Shown piece after piece: positions 48,445 to 59,377 of a DNA stretch of 64,000 nucleotides. Location: positions 434,001 to 498,000 of the forward strand of contig NW_021826031.1 in the NCBI RefSeq assembly GCF_006345805.1, read 5' to 3'. Under the pieces are notes generated by a model that saw only the letters and a program-made list of their open reading frames with translations, had not been told where the DNA came from and searched no databases. Position numbers and translations under genes: made by a program. The DNA is from Octopus sinensis. Its lineage: Eukaryota. The first letter of the stretch is position 1. Every line of letters starts with the position of its first letter.

Positions 48445-49790
48445 GTAATTTTTTTAATTTAATTTATTGAGGAAAAAAGGGCACGGTTAAAAAGCACTTG
48501 CATTTGCATGCATGATGGAGTGTGCATTGCCGCAAAAGACAACTATTCCGATTTGTTGGAACAACCATGACACTTCCCGAGGCTCCCCACGTCGCATAGC
48601 GACTTTTCCAATGACATCTTTTTTAAAAGAAGTCGTTAGAGGGCCAGGTGCCCCAGATGTTTTCATAGAGACAGGAATGAAACGACACGATTGTCCAAGA
48701 TTTGCGTATTTCACGATTTTTCTTTGTTCCTCAGCATTTGCTGCAGAACCCGGAGAAACAGCCGAAAGGACAATGTTTGTTTTGGAATGAATGTCAACAC
48801 ACGTTGAATCTCAAACCAGTAAGGAAAGGTGGTCACCCCATCGGGTCTTATCCCATCTACACGATCTAGATCCACTGGCTTTAGCACCGAAGGGAAGCCA
48901 ACTGACTCAAGAGCTCGTAAGATAACATTGTTGAGAGCGGAGTCGCCCAGCACTTTGCAAGAAAGTAGGTAGACACCTTTGACGTCAACCGAGGTCTAAT
49001 AATGTTCCGAGGCCAGCAATTGACATTCAGATATGACTCGCTGTGTGGCACAGCTGCAGAGCGTAAACAGGCAAGCCGATGTTGGTTGAGCCTCATTGCA
49101 AGGTTGTCTGAGGTGGATTTGCAGCGTAAATTGTTCCAGCTACGTATAAATTTTAATCCTAAATCCTTCCACAGCATACATCCATCTTCAAAAGGCTAAC
49201 CTTCGGCAGGATGAGCGAGAGGACAGTAAGGCCGAAAGGGCAAGGTCCGAGGCAGATCTTAGGCCAGCTCCGCCAGAATTAAGTGGTGGTTTACATTGAG
49301 TCCACCCATCATTATCGAACTGAATTTTTAGGGTCGACTCGGCACACAATCTAAACTCATCGATAGAATGCAGTATTTCATCTTGAATATAGAAGGGCAA
49401 GTATAATAGTTTGGGGACATGGATGCAATTTTGCATGTGAGCCTCCAGAAGACATTACCGACTGCGATAGGACGGACTCCTCCATCATTTTTTCGGAAAG
49501 CAATAAGGTGTGAACTGAAAAAAAGATCCCTAGCCAAGCCTGAGATTTCAACATTGACAATCTCTTCGGCAAGCTTGGTAATATTGAAGCGTTCCGTGCA
49601 TATTACTGGCCGAAACAATGCAAATGTTCGAATTGCTTGCGTGCTCGTAATTACAGCGAGATAACTCCCAATTCTTGTTGACAATTCCAGATCCTGTCAA
49701 AACCGGGAACAAACCCGTACGGAATAGTAATGTATTCTTCCATAACTTGGGGTCCAAGTCTGTCCGAATCCCGTCTTTTTTTAGTCAGAA
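48445..49790 (-). mobile_element. CRE-clade retrotransposon with RT core deleted
   Basis: GGVRPIAVGNVFWRL, GGAGLRSASDLAL, LDRVDGIRPDG, WLFQQIGIVVFCGNAHS. Confidence 0.88.
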
Positions 49791-50576
49791 CATAAACAAG
49801 TCAGCGTGGTTTTAACTGGGTAGGTCAATCATCTCGACTAACTACTCTACGCCTCCCAATGTGTGGGTAATGTGACCTAACTATTTGAACTATCACTTCT
49901 TAATAACATCTCTTGTGAGTTGTCATTCTAATCGTCGGTTTCTTTTAATATACTTTTATTCAATATCGACACATTAATTATGAAAAGAAGCTGATTAAAC
50001 TGAATAAATTCAATTTCCTGACTTATTTCATGTCCGGTCATATAAACCTGTTTATTAACCTCAAATTTTATCTCTCCGACAAGTCAAGACTTACGCGTAA
50101 ATATTGTCTTGTGTTTTATCGCTTATGAGCGAATTCTCTAGATGCCAACAAAAACTCAATTGCTGGCTACACTTTTATCGAAACGTAGGATAGTTCGAGG
50201 ATTAAACGTCTAGGACTGTTTTCACAGAAAATCAATGTCCCTTCGGAAAAGAATAATTATTTTTGGTTAAATAGATAGAACTATAGTTATGAAAACAATT
50301 CGACTTTGTTTCTCTAAAATTTCATCGATTTGGAAATTTATAATGGAACTCTGTTGAAACTCAAAAAACAAATAATGTTTTTTAGTAGGAAATGAAAATG
50401 AGTAAAGATAGCCCCAACCTTGACATTTCCAAAAAGGAAGGAAAACTTCGTCACGATCTTATGTTAAAGATTGTGCTATTTGCAGTTGCCATTCAAGTAA
50501 AAAATAACTTTAATGTTAATCTCGATTTATTAACCAAAGAATTAAATCCCCAATATTAGCGAATGTTAGTTTATCA

Positions 50577-51126
50577 TTATTTTATCTCATGTTTTATCCA
50601 TTTGACCAAATCGTCCGGCCTGTCCTTAATGAGTTGATTGCTATATTTTGTGTATTTGCCGTATTTGAATAAAAATATTTTTGGGAATTCAGTTATCTAA
50701 ACGCAGGATAGTTGTAACAAGTCAACTTCAAATTGACTAAAATACGTAATATTCTTGGAAATATCGACTGTTCCAATTTTTTGATCAACTTGTTCGCCCA
50801 CACTTTCCAATGTGTCTTTAATGTAGGTGCAATTTTGTCCTGAATTCCTGTCCCAGAAATAGATAACCCAAATCATAATGTCTGGTTGAACATAGTTCAC
50901 AAAATCATCAAAAGACAATTCGAATACGTGTCCCAACTTTCAAAATAAAATAAAACTGACTTACTATAGATTTTTGAATTAATAAAATTTTCATTTCACG
51001 GAAGAGAGCGTCTGAATTTGGATGACCTGGAAAATAGAATTCAATATTATTTGTGTGCTTTCCATCTAGATTACTGTGTAGATCAGCACAGTTCGACAAC
51101 ACGGACAAATATAACACAAATAACAT
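50577..51126 (-). CDS. Secreted or ER thioredoxin-fold (PDI-like) protein lacking CXXC, 2 introns, 163 aa
   Basis: Hydrophobic N-terminus; ELSFDDFVNYV..IWVIYFW..SGQNC..IGTVD...ITEFPKIFLFKYG...DLVKWIK; frame closes with 28- and 30-nt introns. Confidence 0.65.
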
Positions 51127-51299
51127 AACTGACGAATAATTTACATAAATTTATATCATTCAATATTATAGGCCAGCCAGTCTAAAATTATTATTTTGTC
51201 TAAACTAATAAAATATACAAAGCATATTCGATTTAAATAAGTCCTCAAGTAGCTGTGAGGTTTTTAGAAAAACACAAAGCTTCCGTTCCCGCTCCTATT

Positions 51300-51700
51300 A
51301 CCGACGAAAGCAAATAGCATTTTAAAAGGTTTATGAGCAAAGTCCCAGACGAGAGACTTGCCTTTACTCAAAATATAGGTACTTATTTCAACTAGGAGTT
51401 TTCCGTCGTACCTGTTGACTCCAATGGGTTGCAGTATCAACGAAAAAAAGCAAATCAGAAAGGCCTATGGACAACGTGGTTTGGGGACAAAGAATTCTTC
51501 CGGCACACATAAGCGGCCGTAGGTACCGTACGCCAAAACTACCGCCCCATAACGGCAGCGATAAGGGCGGAAAATCTTTATTCTCAGCCACAATCATACA
51601 CCAAGCCCAACCCTCTCTTTGAGTGTAGTTCGGAAAAGACGGCAAGTGATGCAGCTCAAGCTGTACAACACTGGATCTTGGTTCTACAAGAAAATGATTA
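51300..51700 (-). mobile_element. Decayed CRE-clade fragment
   Basis: RPYRCRYG...ILQPIGVNRYDGK...KGKSLVWDF. Confidence 0.6.
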
Positions 51701-52089
51701 CTGACGCATTAATGCCAAGTTCTCTGAATTAATATCATTTCAGACACCCGGCTGTAGAGGCAACCATGACTCTAAAATGATGAAGTCTCCAAGAACCTTC
51801 CACATAAAAATCTAACATATCAAGAATATTTTTGATGGAGAAGTTTTTAAAACCTTCTCGCCAAAAAATTATTTTTATAAGTATTTTTTTGTTTCTCAAG
51901 CCTGATATCAAATTGAAGAAAAAACAGCAATAATTTTTACAATCTATTCGATCTAATATCTTCTTCTACAAAAAGTATTTATTCAATCACACGTTGTATT
52001 TGTTATCATTAGGGCAACCAAAAGTCATATAAGTCATATTATTTTTTATTGGTCATATTGATGTTATTTCTATAATTAATAAACTATTA

Positions 52090-52886
52090 TGTCACATGGG
52101 TGATCAGACCCCTATGGGCAACCTGGCCTTTACGTGTTTCCATGGCAACTACATAGCAAATATTTACTAAAAAACCAACTAAAATAAAGGCAAACGATAC
52201 GAACTAATGATTGAACTTTAAATTTTTGAGAAAATGATGTTTTATATTTGAACCATGCTTGCTTTAAAATAGTAAAATTATTTACAACATTAGCAAATTA
52301 TAATTTACATCAAATTTTTTGCAAAGTTTGTAACAACTTTAACTCTAACCTAAACCCAAACCCTAACGTTGGCAAGTGACAACATAAATATATTCAAAAT
52401 CTAACCCTAACCTTAACCCAAACCCTAACGTTGGTAAGTGACAACATAAATATTCAAAATCTAACCCTAACCCAAACGTAACCCTAACTCGAAATTAAAT
52501 GATGTTTCTGCTGACGATTCTACAGTCGTTTTTGACAAAAATTGGAAGCCTTTTTGGCCAACCGGTGTTTGCTTCGAACATTCATATCCTCCGGGAATAT
52601 CCCGATTAACGCTTCCTTAATTTGAATGTATTCGTTAATATTTCTGACGTAACCATAAACCCAGACATCACAAAGTGTGAGTAACCACGCTGTTAAAATT
52701 AATATACTTTTGGGTAAGCCATTTTTAAAAGATAATTCAAATGTAATTTTAAATTAAAATAATTGATTAATCTACACTCTTCCATATATAAATTGCTATA
52801 TTCAATATTTAATACCTTTTCTGCGGTTTCCATAGAAACACGTAAAAGGACTGGCTGCCCATAGCGACATAGTCGCCCATGTGACA
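52090..52886. mobile_element. Ginger-type (TGT...ACA) MITE
   Basis: Imperfect TIR of about 60 bp (TGTCACATGGG...CTATGGGCA...TTTACGTGTTTC); 5-bp TSD TATTA; empty site visible in the inverted copy at about 57370. Confidence 0.8.
52341..52490 (-). repeat. Interstitial degenerate telomere-like (TTAGGG)n clusters in a 62-bp tandem unit (about 2.5 copies)
   Basis: CTAACCCTAACCTTAACCCAAACCCTAAC blocks separated by GTTGGYAAGTGACAACATAAAT(AT)ATTCAAAAT. Confidence 0.85.
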
Positions 52887-52906
52887 TATTATTATATTTT
52901 TTAATA

Positions 52907-54531
52907 CAGTGCTGGTAGAAAAAAACCGGTTTGGCAGTTACTACTTTTTTTGGCGGATAGCTATTAATTTTCTAATGAAATAAAGAGTTTGAAGTTGATT
53001 ATATGTACAATCTTTTTTACTTTTAAAAAATTTCAATAATCGGCGGAAATTTTAAAAATTTAAATTTTTGCTTGTGAATAAAAAACCGGTTTAACAAAAA
53101 GAGTTAACAAAATCAACAGTTAATATGTTGTGTGGTATCCTCGATTAATAAATAGCTCGTATGACCTGTTAGGCATACTATCAATTAACTTCTGAATACT
53201 TTCAGACGGCAATTCGTTCCAAATTTTTGTTAATTTGACTTCCAGATCCAGTTTATTTTTGTAGGATCTAGAATACTTCTGCTTCATCTTTCCCCAAACA
53301 TGTTCCATTGGGTTCAGTCTGGAGATTGCGGAGCCCAATCAAAAATTGGAACTTTATTTTCTTCAAAAAACTTGGTTGTCAATGCAGATTGATGACAGGG
53401 AGCCAAATCTTGTTGGAAAGTGAACTGATTTAGTCCCATTTTTCGCGCCGAAACGAACAAATTATTCGTTATTACATTTATATATTTAGCGGAATTGAGC
53501 GTTCCATTAACAAAAACTAATTGCCCACTCCTTGATAGGAGATACAGCCCCAACCATAACACCTGCCCTCCACCAAATTTTACTGTCGGCGTAATATGGC
53601 TCAATTCATAACGTGAACTTTTTTTTCGATAACTGTATTGCCTTTTTTAGTATGAAAAATCTCAAAGATGCTTCATCAGAGTAAATAATAGTTTTCCATG
53701 CGTCATTGTTCATCCGAATAAAAATTTTTGACAATTCATATCTTTTTATTATGTTGTTCTTCGAAATCAACGGTTTACATTGACATCTCTTCCGAAGAGA
53801 AAATTGGAATTTAAATAAGTTCCAATTTTCTTTCTACAGACACTCTTACCGGTTAAATAATTTATTTCATTCCTCAGCGTGTTAGAAGATTTTTTGGATC
53901 GCACTCAACAAGATGCAATAAAATTTCAACGTCTGTTTTTTGAAGCTTTTTAGGACGTCCAGAACCAGGAATCCTATCAATAGTTCCATATTTTTTGAAT
54001 TTCGAAGAAAATCTCCGATTGTCGATTTTGGAGTATTTAGATGATCTGCGATATCTTTTATCGTCCAATTTAACTCATAAAGAGCAAAAATCTTCCCTTT
54101 AATTATTTTATTTAACATTTGCTTATAAAACTAAAAATTCAACTACTAAAATATCACTCAATAATGAAACCGGTTTTTTATACACACTCTAAAATTTAAA
54201 TCTTCAGAATTTAAAACGATTAATGGAATTTTTTATAAATAAAAAAAATTATAAATCTAATCAACTAAAAGAGTTCAATTCAGTTAAAAATACGCAAATC
54301 TTGGACAACGGTACCGCTTCGTACCTATCGCTGTGGAGACTTCTGGGGTAACCGGCCCTCTTACGACTTCTTTCATCAGAGAAGTCGGAGGAAAAGTTGC
54401 TAGGCGACGTGGGAGCCTCGAGAAGTGTCATGGTTATTCCAACAAATTGGAATAGCTGTCGTTCGCGGCAATGCACACTCCATCATGCGTGCAACCGCAA
54501 GTGCCTTTTAATCATTGACTAACTTATTTCA

Positions 54532-54573
<42 letters not shown>

Positions 54574-54644
54574 AAAAAAAATAAATGCTATCCGCCAAAA
54601 AAAAGTTAGTAACTGCAAAACCGGTTTTTTTTCTACCAGCACTG
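52907..54644 (-). mobile_element. Tc1 element, frameshifted transposase
   Basis: TIR CAGTGCTGGTAGAAAAAAACCGGTTT, TA TSD confirmed by the empty site in the inverted copy; FQQDLAPCH, WAPQSPD, NPMEHVW. Confidence 0.92.
54291..54570 (+). mobile_element. Young 5'-truncated CRE insertion
   Basis: RFVPIAVETSG...GNAHSIM; uninterrupted poly(A) of about 34 nt; GTTAAAAA TSD. Confidence 0.88.
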
Positions 54645-54839
54645 TAGTTTTATTATTTTTTTTAGGTCTTATAGGTCATATTTTATGCCGTTAGGTCATA
54701 TTATTTTTTTTAGGTCATATTTTTTTGTTAGGTCATATTTATTTTATTAATCATATATTTTTATTAATCTTTGTTTAAATTTTGACAATAACACGTTTTC
54801 ACCGTTTTGGTATTGGCCGCTTAAATATTATAGATTTTT

Positions 54840-55936
54840 ACATGCCGAAACAAAAGCAATCCAACAATCAAAAGTTAAATAAAATAATTAAACGATACCC
54901 GTCTGAATTTCAGATTGATTCAGCTGGACGTTTATTTTGTTTGAAATGCTCAGTTTTTGTTAATTTTACGAAAACGTTTAATGTGGTGTAGCACAGGGAA
55001 GCTACCCGGCATAAAAAGGAACAGACAAAATTTCAAACGCAACTCAACACTCTTCAGAAACTTGAAGCAAAGAAAAATTTCGGAATTTGCTTAGTCTAAA
55101 TGATGACGAAGGCGAATATACCTCTTTACAAAATAAGAAATGAACACTTTATTAATTTTTTTAATAATCTCGGATTTACTGTTCCCAGCGAAAGTTGGTG
55201 CAGAAATATAGTTCCAGATTTGCAATATCAATTGATTGAAATGCTTAAAACAATTATTTCTGGAAAAGATATATTCATACTTGTTGATGAAACGGAAATC
55301 AATAAACAGAAATTTGTTAACGTTCTTGTGGGACTATGAAGTTCTGAAAAAATTTATTTATTAAATTGTTTGGAAATTGAAATTTGTGATGCATCTGCAA
55401 TTTGTAGAATTGTGGATGACACAATTCGAATTTATGATATAAAAAGGGAAAATTTTTTATTATTTATTTCTGATGCTGCCCGTTATATGACTTTAGCAGC
55501 GAGTACATTGAATATATTAAAATGATTCATATAACTTGTTTTGCTCATAATGCTGTTAGCTCTGAAAATTTGGAGAAATCAGAAAAATGCTGTTAGCTCT
55601 ATTATTGATGAAATCAGAAAATGTCAAGAAAAATTTTACACAATTAAAGATGTAATTGAATTCATTGATTCCGTTAATTTTGGTGAGGATAATTGTGACA
55701 TTAACAAGTATTTTTTAAAGCGGATAAGTATGTTACCATGGACGAATATTAAAAATGCTAGAATTTCTAGTATTTCTCCAGAAACATTTATTTACTTATG
55801 GAAATGTCCTTCAACATCAATATCTGCAGAAAGAAGCTTTTCTATGCTGAATAAATTGCTCGAAAAGGATAGAAACTTCAAGCCAGAAAATATTAAATAT
55901 TATATGATGCAATATTATAATAAATTCATTGATTGA
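54840..55936 (+). pseudogene. CGGBP1-like hAT transposase, decayed
   Basis: LFCLKC...HK zinc finger, KANIPLYK, ILVDET, LFISDAARYM, TSISAERSFSML. Confidence 0.75.
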
Positions 55937-56102
55937 AATGTTTAATTTTTTCATATTTTCAAATTCAGAATATCTAAAAATCAAAATTCGATAGATCATA
56001 TTTTGATTTTTTAGGTCATATTTTAATATTTTTAAGTTATATTTTAGAATTTTAAAGTCATAAAGTCATATTTTTTACGGTCATATTTAGTCATATTTTT
56101 TA

Positions 56103-56306
56103 CGGACTCGTTGGGATCTTTCGTGGCAACCACGAGCTTAGATCCAAGGCGGCGGAGAAACGATAGCGTCTGCGGGCCGATGACTCCAGAGGTTTCCACC
56201 GCGACTGCAGTGAATTGGTGATTCTTTGCCAGGACCCGGTACTTCTTCTGTTTTGTTAGTTCCGCCTGCTTTGCAACTGAGCCCGGTTCCGCAGCGGAGA
56301 CAATTA
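56103..56306 (-). mobile_element. CRE-clade fragment
   Basis: AAEPGSVAKQAELTKQKKY...AVAVETSGVIGP. Confidence 0.75.
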
Positions 56307-56830
56307 GATTCTTGGCGAGGTTGATGAAGTTGATGTGTATGAGGCTTGCGGGTGGTTAATTCATGGAAACAATTTTCCCCGAACTGAGGCAAATTTGTGC
56401 CTGTTGCAAGATCGAAACTTGTTTTTCAGCAACAGAAAGAATAAACGCAGCTACTGCAACTCATCCAAGAAGACCTTCGATCACCTTGCTACCAGATGTA
56501 GACGAATGCTTAACGGCTCCTACCATAACGAAGTGGTTAAATGCTTTCATTTACATCTATGTCGCCAATATGGAATTCAAAAGTCGACAAAATTAAAAAC
56601 CCATTCAGTCCAATCTGTTACCACCAATGAATTTGTGGAAATCCGAGTCAATACAAACTTTTCGACTGATAATGCTATCCCGAATAACAAGTCAGACGTA
56701 TTTGTTCATGACAAATCGAGCAACACAATTACTCTTATCGAGGTGGGGATCACTTCACAAAATTGTCTTAAGCAGATCGAAATGGAAAAGTTCCATAAAT
56801 AAGACTTCGTGGCGAATTAACTGGGAGCGT
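56307..56830 (+). mobile_element. R4/NeSL-like RLE retrotransposon 3' fragment
   Basis: WLIHGN..EANLCLLQDRN...DHLATRC...HNEVVKCFHLHLC...NNKSDVFVHD...LIEVGIT...EKFHK. Confidence 0.75.
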
Positions 56831-56879
56831 GGCGAATTAAAATTAATAAAGTGTTCATTTCTTATTTTGTAAAGAGGTA

Positions 56880-57400
56880 TATTCGCCTTCGTCATCATTT
56901 AGACTAAGCAAATTCCGAAATTTTTCTTTGCTTCAAGTTTCTGAAGAGTGTTGAGTTGCGTTTGAAATTTTGTCTGTTCCTTTTTATGCCGGGTAGCTTC
57001 CCTGTGCTACACCACATTAAACGTTTTCGTAAAATTAACAAAAACTGAGCATTTCAAACAAAATAAACGTCAGCTGAATCAATCTGAAATTCAGACGGGT
57101 ATCGTTTAATTATTTTATTTAACTTTTGATTGTTGGATTGCTTTTGTTTCGGCATGTAAAAATCTATAATATTTAAGCGGCCAACTACCAAAACGTGTGA
57201 AAACGTGTTATTGTCAAAATTTAAACAAAGATTAATAAAAATATATGATTTAATAAATATAAATATGACCTAACAAAAAAAATATGACCTAAAAAAATAA
57301 TATGACCTAACGGCATAAAATATGACCTATAAGACCTAAAAAAATTAATAAAACTATTAAAAAATATAATAATAGTTTATTAATTATAGAAATAGAAATA
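56880..57400 (-). repeat. Inverted duplicate of the hAT left end (52066-52089 plus 54645-55100), without the MITE and Tc1 insertions
   Basis: Near-identical reverse complement. Confidence 0.9.
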
Positions 57401-58700
57401 AATCTACGCCCTATAATCTTGCTAAACACCTTACGGAAACTTTTGGGATTAGTTACACTGACCGAATAAGAGAACAAGTGGACAACTATCTATCCCCGAG
57501 TCATAGTGGATTTAGGACAGGAAGATCCACCGCCGATGCTGTCTGGGCCCACAAGTGGTACTGCGCTTTCACCCAGAGATACAAAAGTGCAACAACAGTC
57601 CTGGGAATAGACCTGTCTAGGGCCTTTGACACGGTACGCCGTGGTCTACTCCTCAAAATACTGGAACAATTCCTGGACCCTGACTCTGTCAATATGATAA
57701 GAGTACTACTATCGAACACAAAGCTCAAGGTGCGGGTCGGCACGGCGTTTTCCCGTGAATTCACGTGCAACGTCGGTACCCCTCAGGGAGACGCCCTCTC
57801 GCCGTTGCTATTCGTGATCTATCTGGAGACGGCACTACGAGACCTTCGAAAATTCTATGCTGGCAATATCGTCGAAATTGTATATGCAGATGACGTCGAC
57901 TTCGTGTCAGACGACAAATCGGCCTTACTTCGACTCCTTGAAGTGGCACCTGCTGAGCTGAACAGATGGTTCCTTAAAATGAACGTTGGAAAAACCGACA
58001 TCGTTGAAATCATGAGGATGGAGAGCAGCTCAAGTGAAGCCTGGCGCAAAACGAACAAACTCGGTCTCTACTTGGGGACGGCCATGATATTGTCAGAAGA
58101 AAGGCTCTCGCTTGGGCCACGATGAACAAGATAAAGAAAGAGTGGATCGGCAAACGACGACTCTGTACGTCACTTCGTCTGAAGATGTATGAAGCCTTTG
58201 TCAAACCAATCCTGACATATAATTCGGCGACCTGGGGAATGTCTAGTACTGAACAACGTGGACTCGATTCTTTTCACCGCAGGCAACTTAGATCCCTACT
58301 GGGATTGAACTGGCCTATAAGAATCAACCAGGAATCGCTATACAATAGATGCAGAACTGGCCCTCTGAGTGTGGAAATCGTCAATATGCGGTGGAGGTTA
58401 TTTGGCCATATTCTACGAATGGACATGCTTGCCCCAGCTAACATAGCAATGGAGGGCTACTTCCTGAAAGAGGGATCGAGCTTCCGTGGACGTCCACGTG
58501 TTACGCTTCCGGAAACACTTGACGGAGACCTGAAATGTGTGAAGAAAAGGCTAAGGAGTGGTGAGGATCTGGACGAGCTGAGGAAACTCGCTCACGACAG
58601 AGGAGGTTGGAGGAGGCTGGTTCAAAGGATTGTTTTTAATGCTGCACGAGTAAAATTATAACTAATATGATTCTACGTATGTTGCAAATAATAATAATAA
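57400..58700 (+). mobile_element. 5'-truncated RTE-like LINE
   Basis: SGFRTGRST, IDLSRAFDTV, GTPQGDALSPLLF, YADD, LFGHILRM, GRPR; one frameshift; (AAT)n tail. Confidence 0.88.
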
Positions 58701-59377
58701 TAATAAATAACATCAATATGACCAATAAAAAATAATATGACTTATATGACTTTTGGTTGCCCTAGTGATCACATACTTATATGGGACAAGATAAGGAAAG
58801 CGTTCAATATCGACCTACTAAAACATTATGTCAATGAAAGCTTATTAAATTAAATAAGTTCCAAATTTATGTTGGTTGGTCTCGATTCCGTTAAAATGTA
58901 AAAAATCCGAATAAATAACATGTTTAACAAGTTTCCATGACCAAAAGGAGGAGATGGTTGAGGCTGGATAAGGTGAATAATACAGTCGTCAAAAGAGTTA
59001 GTTTTTTATTGAAAGTCTTTGCCTAAAGTAAATTATGACTTGTTGATTGTAGGGCGATCCTTAACGAGTTACGTATTTTAAAACCAGCATGTAATGCAAA
59101 ATTCAAACCTTGATGAATTGTTAATAAAAATTCCTAATGAAGTCCTTTTTTCATAAAAAACGAACGTTGAGCGCCGATCTAGCAAGATAGAAAAACTATT
59201 TTTAAGTTTTTACAACATTTGTTTGGGCATTTTATTAATATTTATGTATATTAAAAAAATATATTTTTTTTATTTTCAAAATATTTATTTTATTGGAAGT
59301 ATTGATACACTGTTCTTTGTTGTTCTTGTTATATCTGTAAATATTAATAGCAATAATATATTAAGAGAGTTCATTGA

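Larger units (their letters stand above)
52010..58764 (+). mobile_element. hAT (CGGBP1-like) composite element with many nested insertions
   Basis: TIR TAGGGCAACCAAAAGTCATATAAGTCATATT at both ends; near-matching 8-bp flanks GTTATCAT/GTGATCAC; GGTCATATT subterminal repeats. Confidence 0.8.

Noticed and set aside
52341-52490. True chromosome end
   Set aside because: The repeats are degenerate, short and internal to a TIR element with continuous flanks.
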